NCBI RefSeq assembly: GCF_009914755.1
Contig: NC_060929.1
Reading direction: 5' to 3' (one strand)
DNA: 64,000 nt
DNA from: the human T2T-CHM13v2.0 reference genome, Homo sapiens
The notes beneath the pieces are model-generated. The model was not told where the DNA came from. It was given only the letters and a program-made list of their open reading frames with translations, and did not search any database. A program made the translations under genes and the position numbers. Positions 61,748-64,000 of the stretch are shown piece after piece. Position 1 is the stretch's first letter. Each line of letters starts with the position of its first letter.

Positions 61748-62309
61748 AAAAGTTCCCCAGAGGCAAAAGTGTGTCTTCTTTTTTTGTCAGCCGTTAGTTT
61801 CCAGTGTCTAGCACAAGGCTCAACACGTTGCCTGGCATGTAAGAGACACTCATTTAGTAACTAAATGAATAAATGTAGTTTCACCATCCTTCCCTTTTAT
61901 CTCTTCTTTTCATCTTCCTTCCCTAGTCAATATTTTCTGGTTTTCCTCTACTTTATTTTATTTCATTTCATTTTCAGATCAAAATTATAATTCATCTCAA
62001 CTCTTCTACGCAATGGGTTCTTTTCATCAACAGCCCTGCATAACACTAGGAGTAGCCTCCTATGCCTCCAAATTTCTTGTGTCTCTAACCCATTAAACAA
62101 AGATTGGGAACCTTAGAGGTCGTTAAACTAACAATCCCCTGGAAAGGTCAGAGTATAGGGCTGTGATTAAAAGTTCAGACACCAGAGCAGGATTTGAACT
62201 ATACTCAGGTAACTTACTAATTTTGTGCTCTTACACGAGTTGCTTAACCTCTCCAAGTTTTAGTTTCCTCAACTGTAAAATGAGGATAATAATAAAATCA
62301 ACCACCTCA

Positions 62310-62770
62310 GCCAGATAGAGTGGCTCCCACCTGTAATCCCAATACTTTAGGAGGCCAAGGCCAGACGATGGCTTAAGGCCAGAAGTTTCAGACCATCCTG
62401 GGCAACATAGCCAGACCCTGTCTCTACAAAACATAAAATAAAATAAAAATTAGCCAGGCATGGTGGTGTACACCTGTAGTCCTAACTACTGGGGAGGCTG
62501 AGATAGGAGGATTGCTTGAGGCCAGGAGTTTAAGACCAGCCTGGATAACATAGCAAGATCCCGTCTCTACAAAAAAAAATAGAATAAAATAAAATTATCT
62601 TGGCATGGTAGTGCACACTTGTAGTCTCAGCTACTTAGGAGTCTGAGGCAGGCGGGCCACTTGAGCCCATGAGTTCAAGGCTGCAGTGAGCTATGACCCT
62701 GCCACTACACTTGCCTGGGCAACAGAGTGAGACCCTGTCTCCAAAGAAAAGAAGAGAAAAGAAAGGAAAG
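62310..62770 (+). mobile_element. Three-armed AluJ inserted in a MIR (~62150-62880)
   Basis: Left arm, chimeric middle arm, right arm, (AAAAG)-type tail. Confidence 0.88.
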
Positions 62771-64000
62771 TAAGAGGAAGCACTTCAAAGATTTATTATA
62801 ATGATAAAATAATTTCTATAAGTGAAGCGCTTCATACAGTGTCTGTTACATGGAAACATTATAAAGTATCAGCTATTATTATCTCAGTGACCACAAATCC
62901 CAAATGTGTATTCTGTTACACATTCCTGCAACTGGTCCACAATTTATACTCCCAAAATGGGCAAATGGACTCAACTTTAGACCCCCTGTCACTGCTCATT
63001 GGCAGTCTCTTTACCCGGCTATCCATGCTACCAGAGTGTCTGGTCTGGATTAGGGGATGGGGAAGCAGTGGAGGGCAGTAGAGTAGAAGGGGGAACAACC
63101 CAGTCAAAATCAGAGCTCAATAACCAATTGTTATTCCAGGGCAGAAATTTCTTCTTGGCCTCCAGGCTATTATGGCCTAAGGCATTCCCTTGAATCTCCA
63201 GGGAGGCAATCTGTGTCTACAAAACACAGCATTCTTCTTAGAGCTCTACTCTATAAGAGCTGCCTCTCCCAAAACTAGCAAGAGTTGAATGTGGTTGAAT
63301 GCTGTGTCACTAGGAAACAGGAATGCTTTATAACCTTTCTTCAAGCATTTAAATCCTTCTCTCCAAATAGGAGAGATGGGATTTCTGCAACATGCAGCCC
63401 ACAACAGAACTGATGGAGCCTATGTAGCGAGAAGAGGTCAGAAGCTGCCCAAAGCAGCTCTGAGGCTGGGGTCACTGCACCCACCAGCTGCTGCCTGGAA
63501 GAGAAACGGGAAAGGGTGGATGCACTGTTTTGCATTTTTTCTCCAGACAACCAAAGAAATCGGGATGACAGACAGAGTTCCCTGCCTGGGGAAAACAGCT
63601 CTTTCCAACCCAGCTTATAGGATTGGGAGTGTTGGGGAGGGTGGAGGAGTCATCCTCGACACACTTATGTCTGTGCAAGATGTGGAGAAAAGTAGGAAAG
63701 AAGCAGAACTCCAGCACATCTTCAAATGGATGGCCCCTGAAACTGAACAGACAGTACACAAAGGCACACTACAACTTTCTGGGCAAGAGTCTGTGGCTGC
63801 AAAGATGGAAACTGATTTGTCGAGGACCCTAGGAGGTGAACTGAAACCAGAAAGCAGAAATGCTGGGAGAGGGTGAATGAGGCTGGAGATGGCCTGTACA
63901 CATAATTGTACGGAGATGAGAAAGGCCACTGGGATGTAGTACTTTTTTGCCTTTTAGGCCACATTCAGGGGCTGCTGCAGACAGGGCTGTGCCCAGTAAG

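Overview
Primate (almost certainly human) repeat-rich non-coding DNA with no recognisable conserved protein-coding exon. Main elements: (1) a decayed but structurally complete class III (ERVL47/LTR47-like) provirus at ~2.43-8.0 kb. It has an Arg-type PBS, gag-pro-pol remnants and, unusually for an ERV-L-like pol, a gamma-type env remnant whose TM part is still an open 121-aa frame. (2) A 5'-complete L1PA7-like element (8.58-13.91 kb) with an in-frame internal ORF2 deletion. (3) A HERV-L pol/dUTPase fragment with its MLT2 LTR, a MER50 LTR with internal sequence, solo LTR47 and LTR9, many MaLR LTRs, 19 Alus, DNA-transposon fossils and old L1/L2/MIR. Most interesting non-repeat signals: a compact spliced, polyadenylated plus-strand transcript unit at ~50.9-53.45 kb, whose terminal exon carries a 144-codon ORF built from an LTR fossil and an L2 tail (de novo gene candidate); a recursive-splice-type AG|GTGAG site with a 294-nt exon at 25.67 kb; and two locally templated duplications (~490 bp and 43 bp). 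Repeat subfamily names come from recalled consensus sequences, not a database search, and repeat boundaries are approximate.
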